From: Octopus vulgaris
Taxonomy: Eukaryota
Assembly (NCBI GenBank): GCA_951406725.2
Contig: OX597837.1
Coordinates: 42,346,001-42,410,000 of the forward strand
DNA: 64,000 nt
Direction: 5' to 3'
In this document: positions 1 through 10,946 of the stretch, piece after piece
Position numbering within the stretch: position 1 is the first letter of the stretch
Layout of the letters: each line of letters opens with the position of its first letter
The notes under the pieces: model-generated
What the model was told of the DNA's origin: nothing
Databases searched by the model: none
What the model saw: the letters and a program-made list of their open reading frames with translations, nothing else
Program-made: the position numbers and the translations under genes

Positions 1-803
1 TTCTTCTCACCCATTCTGGAGGCCCTGAAGAAAATAAAGGGTTATATATGCTACACCATTACTTTTTAGGTGGTTTTAACAGAGATTATGTTCACATGGG
101 TTAGGGCTCTGATTTGAGAATGACTTCTTCTCACCCATTCTGGAGGCCCTGAAGAAAATAAAGGGTTATATATGCTACACCATTACTTTTTAGGTGGTTT
201 TAACAGAGATTATGTTCACATGGGTTAGGGCTCTGATTTGAGAATGACTTCTTCTCCCCATTCTGGAGGCCCTGAAGAAAATAAAGGGTTATATATGCTA
301 CACCATTACTTTTTAGGTGGTTTTAATAGAGATTATGTTCACATGGGTTAGGGACTCTGATTTGAGAATGACTTCTTCTCACCCATTCTGGAGGCCCTGA
401 AGAAAATAAAGGGTTATATATGCTACACCATTACTTTTTAGGTGGTTTTAACAGAGATTATGTTCACATGGGTGAGGGCTCTGATTTGAGAATGACTTCT
501 TCTCACCCATTCTGGAGGCCCTGAAGAAAATAAAGGGTTATATATGCTACCATTCCTTTTTAGGTGGTTTTAACAGAGATTATGTTCACATGGGTTAGGG
601 CTCTGATTTGAGAATGACTTCTTCTCCCCATTCTGGAGGCCCTGAAGAAAATAAAGGGTTATATATGCTACACCATTACTTTTTAGGTGGTTTTAACAGA
701 GATTATGTTCACATGGGTTAGGGCTCTGATTTGAGAATGACTTCTTCTCCCCCATTCTGGAGGCCCTGAAGAAAATAAAGGGTTATATATGCTACCATTC
801 CTT
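1..803. repeat. Tandem satellite, about 124-bp unit, about 6.5 copies visible, runs off the left edge
   Basis: Unit TTCTTCTCACCCATTCTGGAGGCCCTGAAG...GAGAATGAC restarts at 1, 125, 249, 373, 497, 619 and 742 with few differences. Confidence 0.97.
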
Positions 804-830
804 TCCTACATGGCAAAGGACAAAAAACAA

Positions 831-1100
831 AAGAATGTTGAATATTTCGTTTTTGGATTTGGTTTGCAAGATTCTTTATATGAGTTCGTGTGTTGAAGCA
901 TATTCTGGTGTGTCTGGGGAGAGTCATTCTCTTTTAGTGCCTTAAGAGTCAAGACTATTGAAACGGTTGCAAGACGCAACAAAAATTTTAGAAAATAAAA
1001 ATAAGAAATAAGAGGAAATTTTACTGGTGAGTGTGTTAAATAATAAGGCACTAAAAGAGAATGACTCTCCCCAGACACAACAGAATGTTGAATATATTTC
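831..1100. mobile_element. Family G fold-back repeat, probable Penelope-like element remnant
   Basis: 36-bp perfect inverted repeat 909-944 / 1044-1079; homologous copies at 7713-7920 and 25417-25668; degenerate hammerhead-like motif near 957-993. Confidence 0.6.
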
Positions 1101-1348
1101 AAATCAAATTGTTGAACATATCACACACAAACTGTGTAGTTGATAGAAATACTAAAATTTCAAAAAATAGCAAGAGTATTGAGTGTCAAAATGGTGATGT
1201 TATTGTTTGGACATAGATCAGCATTGATCATATCCTATGATCAAAGGTATTCCAGCTGTAACCATCTAACCCTTTTTTTTTCTTTCTTCCAAACATGATG
1301 CTTCTAGAACTATACCACCCAATGTATCTCTCTGGGGTTTTTTTTTAA

Positions 1349-1903
1349 CCCTTTAGTGTTCAGATTACTCTGCCATATCATCATTATCAATGTTCATTTT
1401 CCATGCTGGCATGGGTTGGACAGTTTGACCAGAGCTGGTAAAGCCAGGAGGAGAAGAGCCCCACTCCAGGCTCCATTGTCTGTTCTGGTTTGGTTTTTAT
1501 GGCTGGATGCCCTTTTTAAAACCAACCATTCCATAGAGAATATTGGGTGCTTTTTATGTGGCTCCAGCATCAATTCTGGTGTGGCAGATGGGTCTTCTTG
1601 AATACAGCAAGGCACCAGATATCTCGGTCCCTAGTGGCCTTGGTAGTGCGGAGGCAGCATGTCAGTCTCATTATCAATCATGAAATCAGAGGAGTATGAA
1701 GGTCATGTCAAATAAAATGCTTATTTATTCACATTGTTTGGAATTAATCATGCATTATCTTGTAGCTTTGAGATTTCAATGATGTGACCGTTTATGTTTA
1801 GAATGACATTGCAGGGTAGGTTGAAAAGCCTGGATCTGGTCAGTTTAAACATAAAACAGGTTGACTCTCTTGGCTAGATATGGCTGGTTTAAATGCTAAA
1901 GGG
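1349..1903 (+). mobile_element. piggyBac-type MITE family E, interrupted by a family C insertion at about 1373-1705
   Basis: TTAA-CCCTTTAG...CTAAAGGG-TTAA termini; body matches intact copies at 50281 and 53291. Confidence 0.9.
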
Positions 1904-2226
1904 TTAAAGACAATAAAATATAAATTGAAGGTGATTTGGTTGCCATGTCTAGCAGGGTGAGCTAACACAAAGAGATTCTCTTGTTAGTGGTCAAATATAT
2001 ATAAACTGATATAATATGGCCAGTAGGATTTACAGCAAAAACATTGATTGTGCAGAGGTGATTATTCCACTTTGCCACTTTATATCCACACCAATGCTTC
2101 GTTTCACTGTAAACATAAGCTCACCAGTCAATCTAAGGGCAACCCTTAATATATCTAATTTAATCATTTCTTTAAGCATTACTGACCAGCTATATACTCC
2201 TGCCTTGTATTTTATCCATGATTTAA

Positions 2227-2447
2227 CCGTTTTGTTACTGCATTTATTTTGAGATGCTCAAAATTTCTTTCAATTATTTTAAATATAACAAAGAATTTAG
2301 TAAAATAACTTAGTTATCATTAAGCTAGTGTTAGGAACATAAATTGTGACTAAGGTTTGGTGGAAGATTTTAATGAAAAACTAATGAAAACAAGACATTT
2401 ATACTGCAGAGCCAGAGTCGGTTTTGGCCGGGTTGTTAATGAAAGGT
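2227..2447 (+). mobile_element. piggyBac-type MITE family D with degenerate TIRs
   Basis: About 220-bp body closely matches 16236-16455; TTAA on both sides. Confidence 0.9.
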
Positions 2448-2608
2448 TTAAAGAAAGAGAAAATATACTAAGCTGCATATAATTGGCTTCAAATTTTCTG
2501 GCAAAATTGACCCTTTGTCGTCTTAAAAGAAATCGTTGTTATAACAAACAAGGAGATATGGTGGATGCTAGCTCTGACAGGTTCTAGATTATCACCAGTT
2601 TCAATTAC

Positions 2609-2775
2609 CTTGACCTGATATTTTAGTTCAATAGATCGGTCTCATTGATACAGTATTGATGGCGTATTGATTGTTGTTTGAGGCAAACACTGACTCGATG
2701 GATCCGCCCAGCTTCACATATCGATATCTTCTTCATAAGATCTTAGTTCCAGTTAGCGGTTTTATGCCGAAGAAT
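2609..2775 (-). other. Candidate spliced non-coding or UTR exon, 167 nt
   Basis: Minus strand: acceptor ataatttctacag|ATTC at 2776/2775 and donor CAAG|gtaatt at 2609/2608; unique CpG-containing sequence; stops in all three frames. Confidence 0.35.
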
Positions 2776-2879
2776 CTGTAGAAATTATTCATGTTGACAT
2801 CAAATTATCGCTTATAAAATTTTAATTCACCTGTCTGAACTGCCGCATAATTGTTTTGTTCTTCGGTAGATGGAGCTAG

Positions 2880-3136
2880 TGATGATGATGATGATGAAGA
2901 TAATGACAATGATGATGGTGGTGGTGGTGGTGGTGGTGATAATGATGGTGGCGATGATGACTAATGATGATGATGATAATGATGATGACAATGATGAAGA
3001 TGGTGGTGGTGGTGGTGGTTGTGGTGATAATGATGGTGATGATGATGACTAATGATGATGATGATGATGACAATGATGGTGGTGGTGGTGATAATAATGG
3101 TGGTGATGACGACTAATGATGATGATGATGGTGGTG
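2880..3136. repeat. Compound (GAT)n/(GGT)n microsatellite
   Basis: Direct reading. Confidence 0.95.
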
Positions 3137-3389
3137 AAAGAAATGGAAAATGATTAGTTGCTATACATCTATGTAGTCAGGGTTTCGCAGTTCTGACTTT
3201 AAAAAAAAAAATGCTTCATCAGGTGAACTGTTTATACCTGTGAGAGAGAGATTTTAATCAAGTATTAAGTTCAAATAATTCAACCATTCCTTCGCTATTT
3301 TAAAATACTAAACAAAACAGGTTTTTTTGTTTAAGGCTTACATTATAAGGCAACCAAATCACCTTCAATTTATACTTTATCGTCTTTAA

Positions 3390-3491
3390 CCCTTTAGTTT
3401 TTAAACCAGCCGAAAGAATCAACCTGTTTTATGCACAAACTGACCAGATCCAGCCTTTTCAACCTACCCCACAATGTCATTCTAAACATAA
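3390..3491 (-). mobile_element. Partial MITE family E (right end only)
   Basis: Reverse complement of 1792-1903 including the TIR and TTAA. Confidence 0.85.
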
Positions 3492-3666
3492 ATTCAGTTC
3501 CCCTGTAGAATTTCAATAAGGCTGAAGTTAATAAATTAGGTCCAAGGTGTAAGATACTTGAGAGAAGTTGGGATGGTCATAAATAGAATCACTTTAATCA
3601 TAGCAAGGGTCAATCGTGGCTGACAAGGGATTAAACAACAATTCTTACGACCAAACGTTCTTTTTA

Positions 3667-4089
3667 TTTTCTTTACTAGTTTCAGTCATTTGACTGTGGC
3701 CATGCTGGAGCACCGCCTTTAGTCCAGCAAATCGACCTCAGAGTTTATTCTTTGTAAACCTAGTACTTATTCTATCGGTCTCCCCTGCCGAACCGCCAAG
3801 TTACGGGCACATAAACACACCACACCAGCGATGTTAGGGGGACAAACATCGCTTGACAACACAGACACACAAACATACACATGCACACGCATGCACACAC
3901 ACACACATATATATATATACATATACGACGGGCTTCTTCCAGTTTCCGTCTACCAAATTCACTCACAAGGCTTTGGTCAGCCCGAGGCTATAGTAGAAGA
4001 CACTTGTCCAAGGTGCCACACAGTGGGACTGAACCCATGACCATGTGGTTGGTAAGCAAGCTACTTACCACACAGCCACCTCAGCGCCT
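3667..4089 (-). mobile_element. tRNA-derived SINE family A with CORE-like central motif
   Basis: Pol III A/B-box-like head (TGGCTGTGTGGTAAG...GGTTCAGTCCC), CORE-like ACCTTGGACAAGTGTCTT, internal (TA)/(TG) tract, family A tail. Confidence 0.9.
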
Positions 4090-4526
4090 ATACATTTAAA
4101 AAAACTTTTAAGCAACTAAAAACATGTAACAGAGATAACTGCAGTGTAAGCAGAAGACGATTTACTAGAACACCAGTTAGAAATCTTTTTATTATCATCA
4201 TCACCATAATGAAGGCATTTTGCTCTTTAATGTGGGTGATGATGGAATATATATTGAAAATATACATACATTCCAGTGTCGTCTCTTTACATCTCACATT
4301 AATATACAATAGGAAAAGAAAAAAAAGCATTAAATATTGATAAGTAATTTGTACCTGGCAGATATATATATAGTTGTGATCTAATTGTTTTAGCATGAAA
4401 TATGACTTTAGCGGTTGATAGTTAATAATATATATTTAAATCTGAAGAAGAATTTGCTGCTGGTCTTGCCTTGAAACGATTCTGATGTGATAACCTCGAG
4501 ACAACATACAAAGAACATACCTAAGT

Positions 4527-4800
4527 GGAGGCATGGAGGTGTGATTTAAAAGCTTGCTTTGCAACCGTGTGGTTTTGGGTTTGACCACACTGGACGGCAC
4601 CTTGGGCAAGTGTCAGGTCTTCTACTACAGTCCCGGGCAGACCAATGCCATGTGAGTGAATTTGATAGATGGAAACTCTGTGGAAGCTTGTCAAATATGT
4701 GTGTGTGTGCTTGTTCCCCCAGCGTTGTTTGACAATTGATGTTGGTTTGCTTACCTACCTACAACTTAGCAGTTTGCCAAAAAGGATTAACAAAAACAAG
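4527..4800 (+). mobile_element. Older diverged SINE family A copy
   Basis: GGCACCTTGGGCAAGTGTC and collinear body; tail resumes near 5022-5077. Confidence 0.75.
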
Positions 4801-4835
4801 TAAACCCCACCCCATACATAAACACATACATACAT

Positions 4836-5010
4836 AGGGAGAGTTTACGAAAGAACAAAAGACGAAGACAGGTGGTGTACAAAACAAACAGATGTATTAG
4901 TATAACACTCAGGAATAGAAAAAAAGTCTTTTATGTTTCGAGCCTACGCTCTTCTACAGAAAGGGACACAGAAAAAACAAGGAAGAAACAAGGAGAGGAA
5001 AAAAATACAT
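4836..5010 (-). mobile_element. Penelope-like terminal-repeat fragment with hammerhead-like motif
   Basis: Minus strand CTTT-CTGTAGA-AGAGC-GTAG-GCTC-GAAAC-ATA-AAAG; homologues at 12640-12815, 21135-21305 and 11420-11483. Confidence 0.6.
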
Positions 5011-5081
5011 ACATATATATAACTGTACTGGAGCTGATTTGCGTGACTAAAAAGTGGTGCCCTAGCATAGCCGCAGTACTC

Positions 5082-5293
5082 TTTCTGTTTCTCTTTTACT
5101 TGTTTCAGTCATTTGACTGCAGCCATGCTGGAGCACCGCCTTTAGTCAAGCAAATCGACTCCGGGTCTTATTCTTTGTAAGCCCAGTACTTATTCTATCA
5201 GTCGCTTTTGCCGAACCGCTAAGTGACGAGGACGTAAACACACCAACATCGGTTGTCAAGCAATGCTAGGGAGACAAACACAGACACACAAAC

Positions 5294-5336
<43 letters not shown>

Positions 5337-5460
5337 TACGACAGGCTTCTTTCAGTTTCCGTCTACCAAATCCACTCACAAGCCATGGGTCGGCCCGGGG
5401 CTATAGCAGAAGAAGACACTTGCCCAAGATGCCACGCAGTGGGACTGAACCCGGAACCAT
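5082..5460 (-). mobile_element. SINE family A, 5-prime truncated
   Basis: Collinear with full copies at 33606 and 46545. Confidence 0.9.
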
Positions 5461-5988
5461 GATAAAAGATTTAACTCATAAAGAATTGCAGTTTTGACTT
5501 AAGTCTCATCCTGTCTTCAGATTTGCATATTCTCTCTCAGAGGTTATAACCTCAAAATTGTTTTGGTGCAACACTCACACACACACGCACACACACACAC
5601 ACACAAGCGTACGCTCAATGGAGAATGTGTAAGTTTGCTTGTACTCTTATTTACACACAGATACAACAATAGCTGATTTATTGTGAACATTGATTGATGA
5701 TGTATAAACAGTTTGATTGAGAGAGCAAACACGATTCTAACAAAAATGAAAGAACGGGACTTAAGTAGGTCAAATATGTGATCATTTGGCCACCTCTGTG
5801 TTGTCCCGAGGGGTTATAATCTTGAAATCGTTCCATAGCACGGCTGGAAATATATATATACACAGAGAGAATGAATTAATCCATATGTTCTACAGAGTGT
5901 TGTTATATGAATTTCCGAGTCTTTAAACTTATTAAGGTAAATAATGTCTATAACTGTCTCTTGTGTTTGAAACAATAAATTTTGTGTT

Positions 5989-6592
5989 GAGTGGCTGTGT
6001 GGTAAGTAGCTCGTTTACCAACTACATGATTCCGGGTTCAGTCCCACTGCGTGGCACCTTGGGCAAGTGTCTTCTACTATAGCCTCGGGCCGACCAAAGC
6101 CTTGTGAGTGGATTTGGTAGACGGAAACTGAAAGAAGCCTGTCGTATATATGTATATGTATATATATATAGGTGCAGGAGTGGCTGTGTGGTAAGTAGCT
6201 TGCTAACCAACCACATGGTTCTGGGTTCAGTCCCACTGCGTGGCACCTTGGGCAAGTGTCTTCTGCTATAGCCTCGGGCTGACCAAAGCCTTGTGAGTGG
6301 ATTTGGTAGACGAAAACTGAACGAAGACCGTCGTATATATGTATATATATATATATATATATATGCGTGTGTGTGTTTGTCTGTCTGTGTTTGTCCCCCT
6401 AGCATTGCTTGACAACCGATGCTGGTGGTGTGTTAATGTCCCCGTTACTTAGCGGTTCAGCAAAAGAGACCGATAGAATAAGTACTGGGCTTACAAAAGA
6501 ATAAGTCCCAGGGTCGAGTTGCTCGATTAAAGGCGGTGCTCCAGCATGGCCGCAGTCAAATGACTGAAACAAGTAAAAGATTAAAAGAGTAA
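5989..6592 (+). mobile_element. SINE family A with tandemly duplicated head (5989-6170, then full copy from 6171)
   Basis: GAGTGGCTGTGTGGTAAGTAGC...GTCGTATATATG occurs twice before a single tail. Confidence 0.92.
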
Positions 6593-6971
6593 ACAGAATA
6601 TCAGATGATTATATAAGCACAAAGGTATCAGTTTAGAGGAAACGTTTGTGTGTGTGTATGTGTGTGCAATAGGGGGTAGGGTGTAGAAACAAGTAACACC
6701 CACAACTTTCATAGTGGTATAGTATAGGATGAAGTATAATAGCTGCGACTAGGAATCGGAGCAGGATTTAAGTAGGGCAGTTAACATTCAGCGAGACTAA
6801 TCTATATTCTGTGACTTTGAAATCCAAGTCTAAACACAAGATTAAGAATCGGATTTGCTGAGATCTATAAGTCAGACATTAGAAACCAATGTCTGTGTGA
6901 GTCAATTCCCATCCTCACATACACCAAATATACACACCCACACATATATATACAAAAACACATACATATAT

Positions 6972-7135
6972 AGGAGTGGCTGTGTGGTAAGTAGCTTGCT
7001 TGCCAACCACATGGTTCCGGGTTCAGTCCCACTGCGTGGCACCTTGGGCAAGTGTCTTCTACTATAGCCTCGGGCCGACCAAAGCCTTGTGAGTGGATTT
7101 GGTAGACGGAAACTGAAAGAAGCCCGTCGTACATA
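6972..7135 (+). mobile_element. SINE family A head and core only
   Basis: Near-identical to the head of the 46545 copy. Confidence 0.9.
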
Positions 7136-7186
7136 TGTTCTTTCTCTATTGGCAAGAAATTTTGAAATAAATTAAATAATGACACT

Positions 7187-7376
<190 letters not shown>

Positions 7377-7460
7377 ATATTTCGGAATGGTCATATTGCC
7401 AGTTTAGCCAATAAAAACACACGCACTATATATTTATATTGCACAACAAATATTTAAACG

Positions 7461-7493
<33 letters not shown>

Positions 7494-7529
7494 GATGATG
7501 ATATATATATATATGTATATATATATAGT

Positions 7530-7690
7530 TAATCCAAACATGAAAACACAATAACACGAGGATGTGGAACGAGTATAGCATTATTGGACGCTCAGGAAAG
7601 AAGGAAAGAAGGAGGGTTTAACGTTTCGAGCGGAGCTCTTCGTCGGAAACATAGGAAAAGGAAAGATCCAAAGAAGGTAAGACGGAGGAA
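7530..7690 (-). mobile_element. Second Penelope-like fragment with hammerhead-like motif
   Basis: Minus strand GTTT-CCGACGA-AGAGC-TCC-GCTC-GAAAC-GTTA-AAC, core at 7623-7646. Confidence 0.55.
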
Positions 7691-7712
7691 TATATATATA
7701 CACACACACACA

Positions 7713-7920
7713 CTGTTGTGTCTGAGGAGAGTCATTCTCTTTTGGTGCCTTATAATTTAACACAATCAACGGTAAAATTTCCACTTATTTCTTTTTTATT
7801 TTATTTTTTATTTTAGGGTTAGGGTTGGCACCAAAAGAGAATGACTTCCCAGACACAACAGAATATGCTTCAACACATGAACTCACATAAAGAATCTTGC
7901 AAACCAAATCCCAAAATGAA
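7713..7920. mobile_element. Family G fold-back repeat
   Basis: CTGTTGTGTCTGAGGAGAGTCATTCTCTTTTGGTGCC and its inverted copy GGCACCAAAAGAGAATGACTTCCCAGACACAACAG. Confidence 0.65.
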
Positions 7921-8577
7921 ATATATATATAGAGAAACACACACACGTACAACTTGTTGCCCCAAACTGTAACACTACCAGCCACTCCCCTCCACTCACT
8001 CACTTAGGGTCTGCATTTTGAAGAAAACAATGTAAACAACACTTCATACTTGAACTTTAAACCTTGACCCCCGCCACCACCAACGGCAAGGTTTAAATAA
8101 ATATCTTTTATCCTTCTACTCCTATACCTCCTCTTAGTTCATTAACCCCTTTCTTACTCTTCAACTTTCTTCTCACCTCATTTTTCCCCTCTCAATTTTG
8201 CTTGCTGCTCCTCATTCCACTACTCTTCCCTTCTCTCTCCTACCATTTCTTGTGTGAGACATACATGGTCCCTCTGTTCCTTATCATCTACAGCCCTTTT
8301 TCTTTTTAAACTGAGAGCACATAAAACACACTTCCTTTTGGTTTGGTTTGGTTTGGTTTCTATGGCCTCAATGCTCTTCCAAATACCAACCATTTTACTA
8401 AGTGTGCTGGGTGCACAAGCACTAGGAAGGCTGTCGTGCTATTTTCTCAACTAGATTAAAGGGTCCACTTGACCTGGTGTCATAACTCAATCGTTAACCC
8501 CTTTACAGAGTGTACTTGATGCAAAATAATGTGGCAACAGCAGTAATGCCCGTTAGCTTTACCCTCACAAGAGTATA

Positions 8578-8810
8578 TATATTTCTTTACTGCCCACAAG
8601 GGGTCAAACATAGAGGGGACAAACAAGGTCAGACAAACGGATTAAGTCAATTATATCGACCCCAGTGCAGAACTGGTACTTTATTTATCGATCCCAAAAG
8701 GATGAAAGGCAAAGTCGACCTCGGCGGAATTTGAACTCAGAACGTAGTGACAGACGAAATACTGCTAAGCATTTCGCCCATCGTGCTAACGACTCTGCCA
8801 GCTCACCGCC
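8578..8810 (-). mobile_element. tRNA-derived SINE family B with Meta-like central domain
   Basis: Minus strand GGCGGTGAGCTGGCAGA head, GAGTTCAAATTCC B box, GACTTTGCCTTTCATCCTTTTGGGATCGATAAA domain; copies at 31799, 44669 and 57011. Confidence 0.9.
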
Positions 8811-8888
8811 TATATACTCACAAGAGTATATAGTCCTCATTCATCTAGAGCAACTGTAATGTGGAAACAGGATCTACCAAAGGAAAGA

Positions 8889-9100
8889 TCATCATCATTT
8901 TGTCTTTGTATTCCCTGCTAGCATGGGTTGTGTGATTTGACAGGATCCGACAGGTCAGCAGACTGGGTCTAGCTCCAATGTCAGTTTTGGCTTGTTTTCT
9001 ATGGGCTGGATACCCTTCTCATTGCCAACCACTTTACAGAGTGTACTGGGTGCTTTTGAATGTCACCAGCACTAACGGGGGTTGCCAAACAGCTTGCAAG
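8889..9100 (-). mobile_element. Old family C (RTE-related short retroelement)
   Basis: (CAT)n then TGCTAGCATGGGTTG...CTGGATACCCTT...CCAACCACTTTACAGAGTG. Confidence 0.75.
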
Positions 9101-10274
9101 AACCCCAGCCTGATTGATGTGCTGTAGTACTGAGGGAAGTGGTTTATGCTAGATGAACTATTTAATGCTCTGATATCACTAAAAACCTCAACCTCTTGCA
9201 CAGAGCACATTAAGAAATATTCTGAGGGCTATCTGCACCAACATACTAACATAGATACTGATAACCAGAATATGGTATAGATGACAAAAATTCATTAATA
9301 AAATGAACAAAATAGGAGCAAATGTATGGACATGAAATAAACCATTCTGGAGAAAATAATGTGGTTTTAAAAATGGAATGACTTGTTATAAGAATGTTCA
9401 TTTCTTCCACCATGATGATATTGGAAACTTGAGAATCTTAGCAAAAACAACAACTGTATTTTGGTGAATGTGTTCAGTTTGTTTTCAATGAAGATTTACA
9501 CAAATGAATTAAGCCAGTTGAAGTGTATGAAACCGTGGTCCGATATACACAGCATTTCTATACATATGTTTATGTATATGTGTGGATGTGTGAGAGAGAA
9601 AGAAAAAGTGTGTGTGTGCACATGAGAGGGAGAGAGAGAGAAAATGTGTTTGTGTGTGTGAATGTGTGTGCATTATACATAGATATTTTACCGTAATTTG
9701 TAATGGTAGGACATTGCCTTCAAGTAGTGATTGATCGCTGTTTGAATGAGGAGGTAGGAACAACATGCATACAGATAAATATTTCCAAGACTGATGAGAG
9801 TGAATGGAAAGAAAATTAATTGCTCAATATGGTAAGATTCCAGGTTGAAGTAATGTGCACACATTACATTTATTTCCAGCTCTCTAGATATGTCACAGAA
9901 TGGGACAAGGCTGACAAACAGCTACACCATGAAATGTCAGTGGAAGTTACAAATGGGCATGTGTATCTTTATACGTACTAGCAAGAATAAGACTATACCA
10001 GCAGGCAGAGTCCATTAACAGTACAGGCAAGTTCAGCAAGCAGACCTGCGATCAAATACGTTCCAGTCATGACTGACCCATCTAATGTATATTAGGACCT
10101 GTATTATTCCTCATCATCATTTCACATCTTTTTTCTCATGCTGGCATGGGTTGAGTGGTTCAATGTGAACAGATAACCCAGAAGGTTGTGCCAGGTCCTA
10201 ACGTTTGCTTTGGAAGGGTTTCTACAACTGGATGCCCTTCCTAACACCAACCACTTTGCAGAGTGTACTAATTG

Positions 10275-10513
10275 ATTTAAGTTAAGTTAATTTTTTGGCT
10301 CAAAAAGCAAAAAGCAAGGCCATGTAGGGGGAAATGGAGTTATGTACAGGGTGGTGTTCATGCAAAGAGTTCAGGCCATTTGTGGTCAAGGGAGACTTTG
10401 AACTGAGCGGTCGTCGGCATCTTCACTATCTCGTCCGGCAGCTTATTCCACGGATCCACAACCTGGATGGAGAAAGCCCCTCTCCTTCGATTGAGATGAA
10501 ATCGCGCAGATTT
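10275..10513 (-). pseudogene. 5-prime-truncated CR1-clade LINE 3-prime end (ORF2 C-terminus, UTR and tail)
   Basis: 10504-10358 translates RFHLNRRRGAFSIQVVDPWNKLPDEIVKMPTTAQFKVSLDHKWPELFA*, matching the CR1 RR-x-FS-x-RVV-xx-WNxLP...FKxxLD pattern; short (AACTT)n tail. Confidence 0.88.
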
Positions 10514-10719
10514 CTATGTGCTGTAGTAGTGAGGGAAGTGGTTTATGCGAGATGAACTATTTAATGCTCTGATATCACTAAAAACCTCACCCCCTTGCAC
10601 AGAGGACTGGTGAGGTCACCAAACACTCACATCACAAGACCTGTCAGGGCTCATTTGGCTGGTTACCCAGTCTCCATGGCATATAAGTGACTGAAATCAC
10701 AACACTGCCCCCTAAATGA

Positions 10720-10946
10720 CATACCAGTCTGTTGCTGGTATGAAGGTCAGCAATTTTGAAGAGAGGGGTCAAGTTGATGACAGTGAGCCCAGTACATGAC
10801 TGGTACTTGATTTTATTCACCCTGAAAGAAAAAAAGACAAAGTTGACTTCAGCAGGGTTTGAACTCAGAACGTAAAGAACCAGAAGAAATACTGCTAAGC
10901 ATTTTGTTGGATGTGCTACTGATTCATAGTTCTGCCAACTCACCAC
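10720..10946 (-). mobile_element. Old SINE family B variant
   Basis: TTTGAACTCAGAACGTA...AAATACTGCTAAGCATTT, collinear with family B. Confidence 0.7.

Noticed and set aside
1-803. 124-bp satellite as a retrozyme array
   Set aside because: CTGAAGA is present but there is no helix II plus GAAA on either strand.
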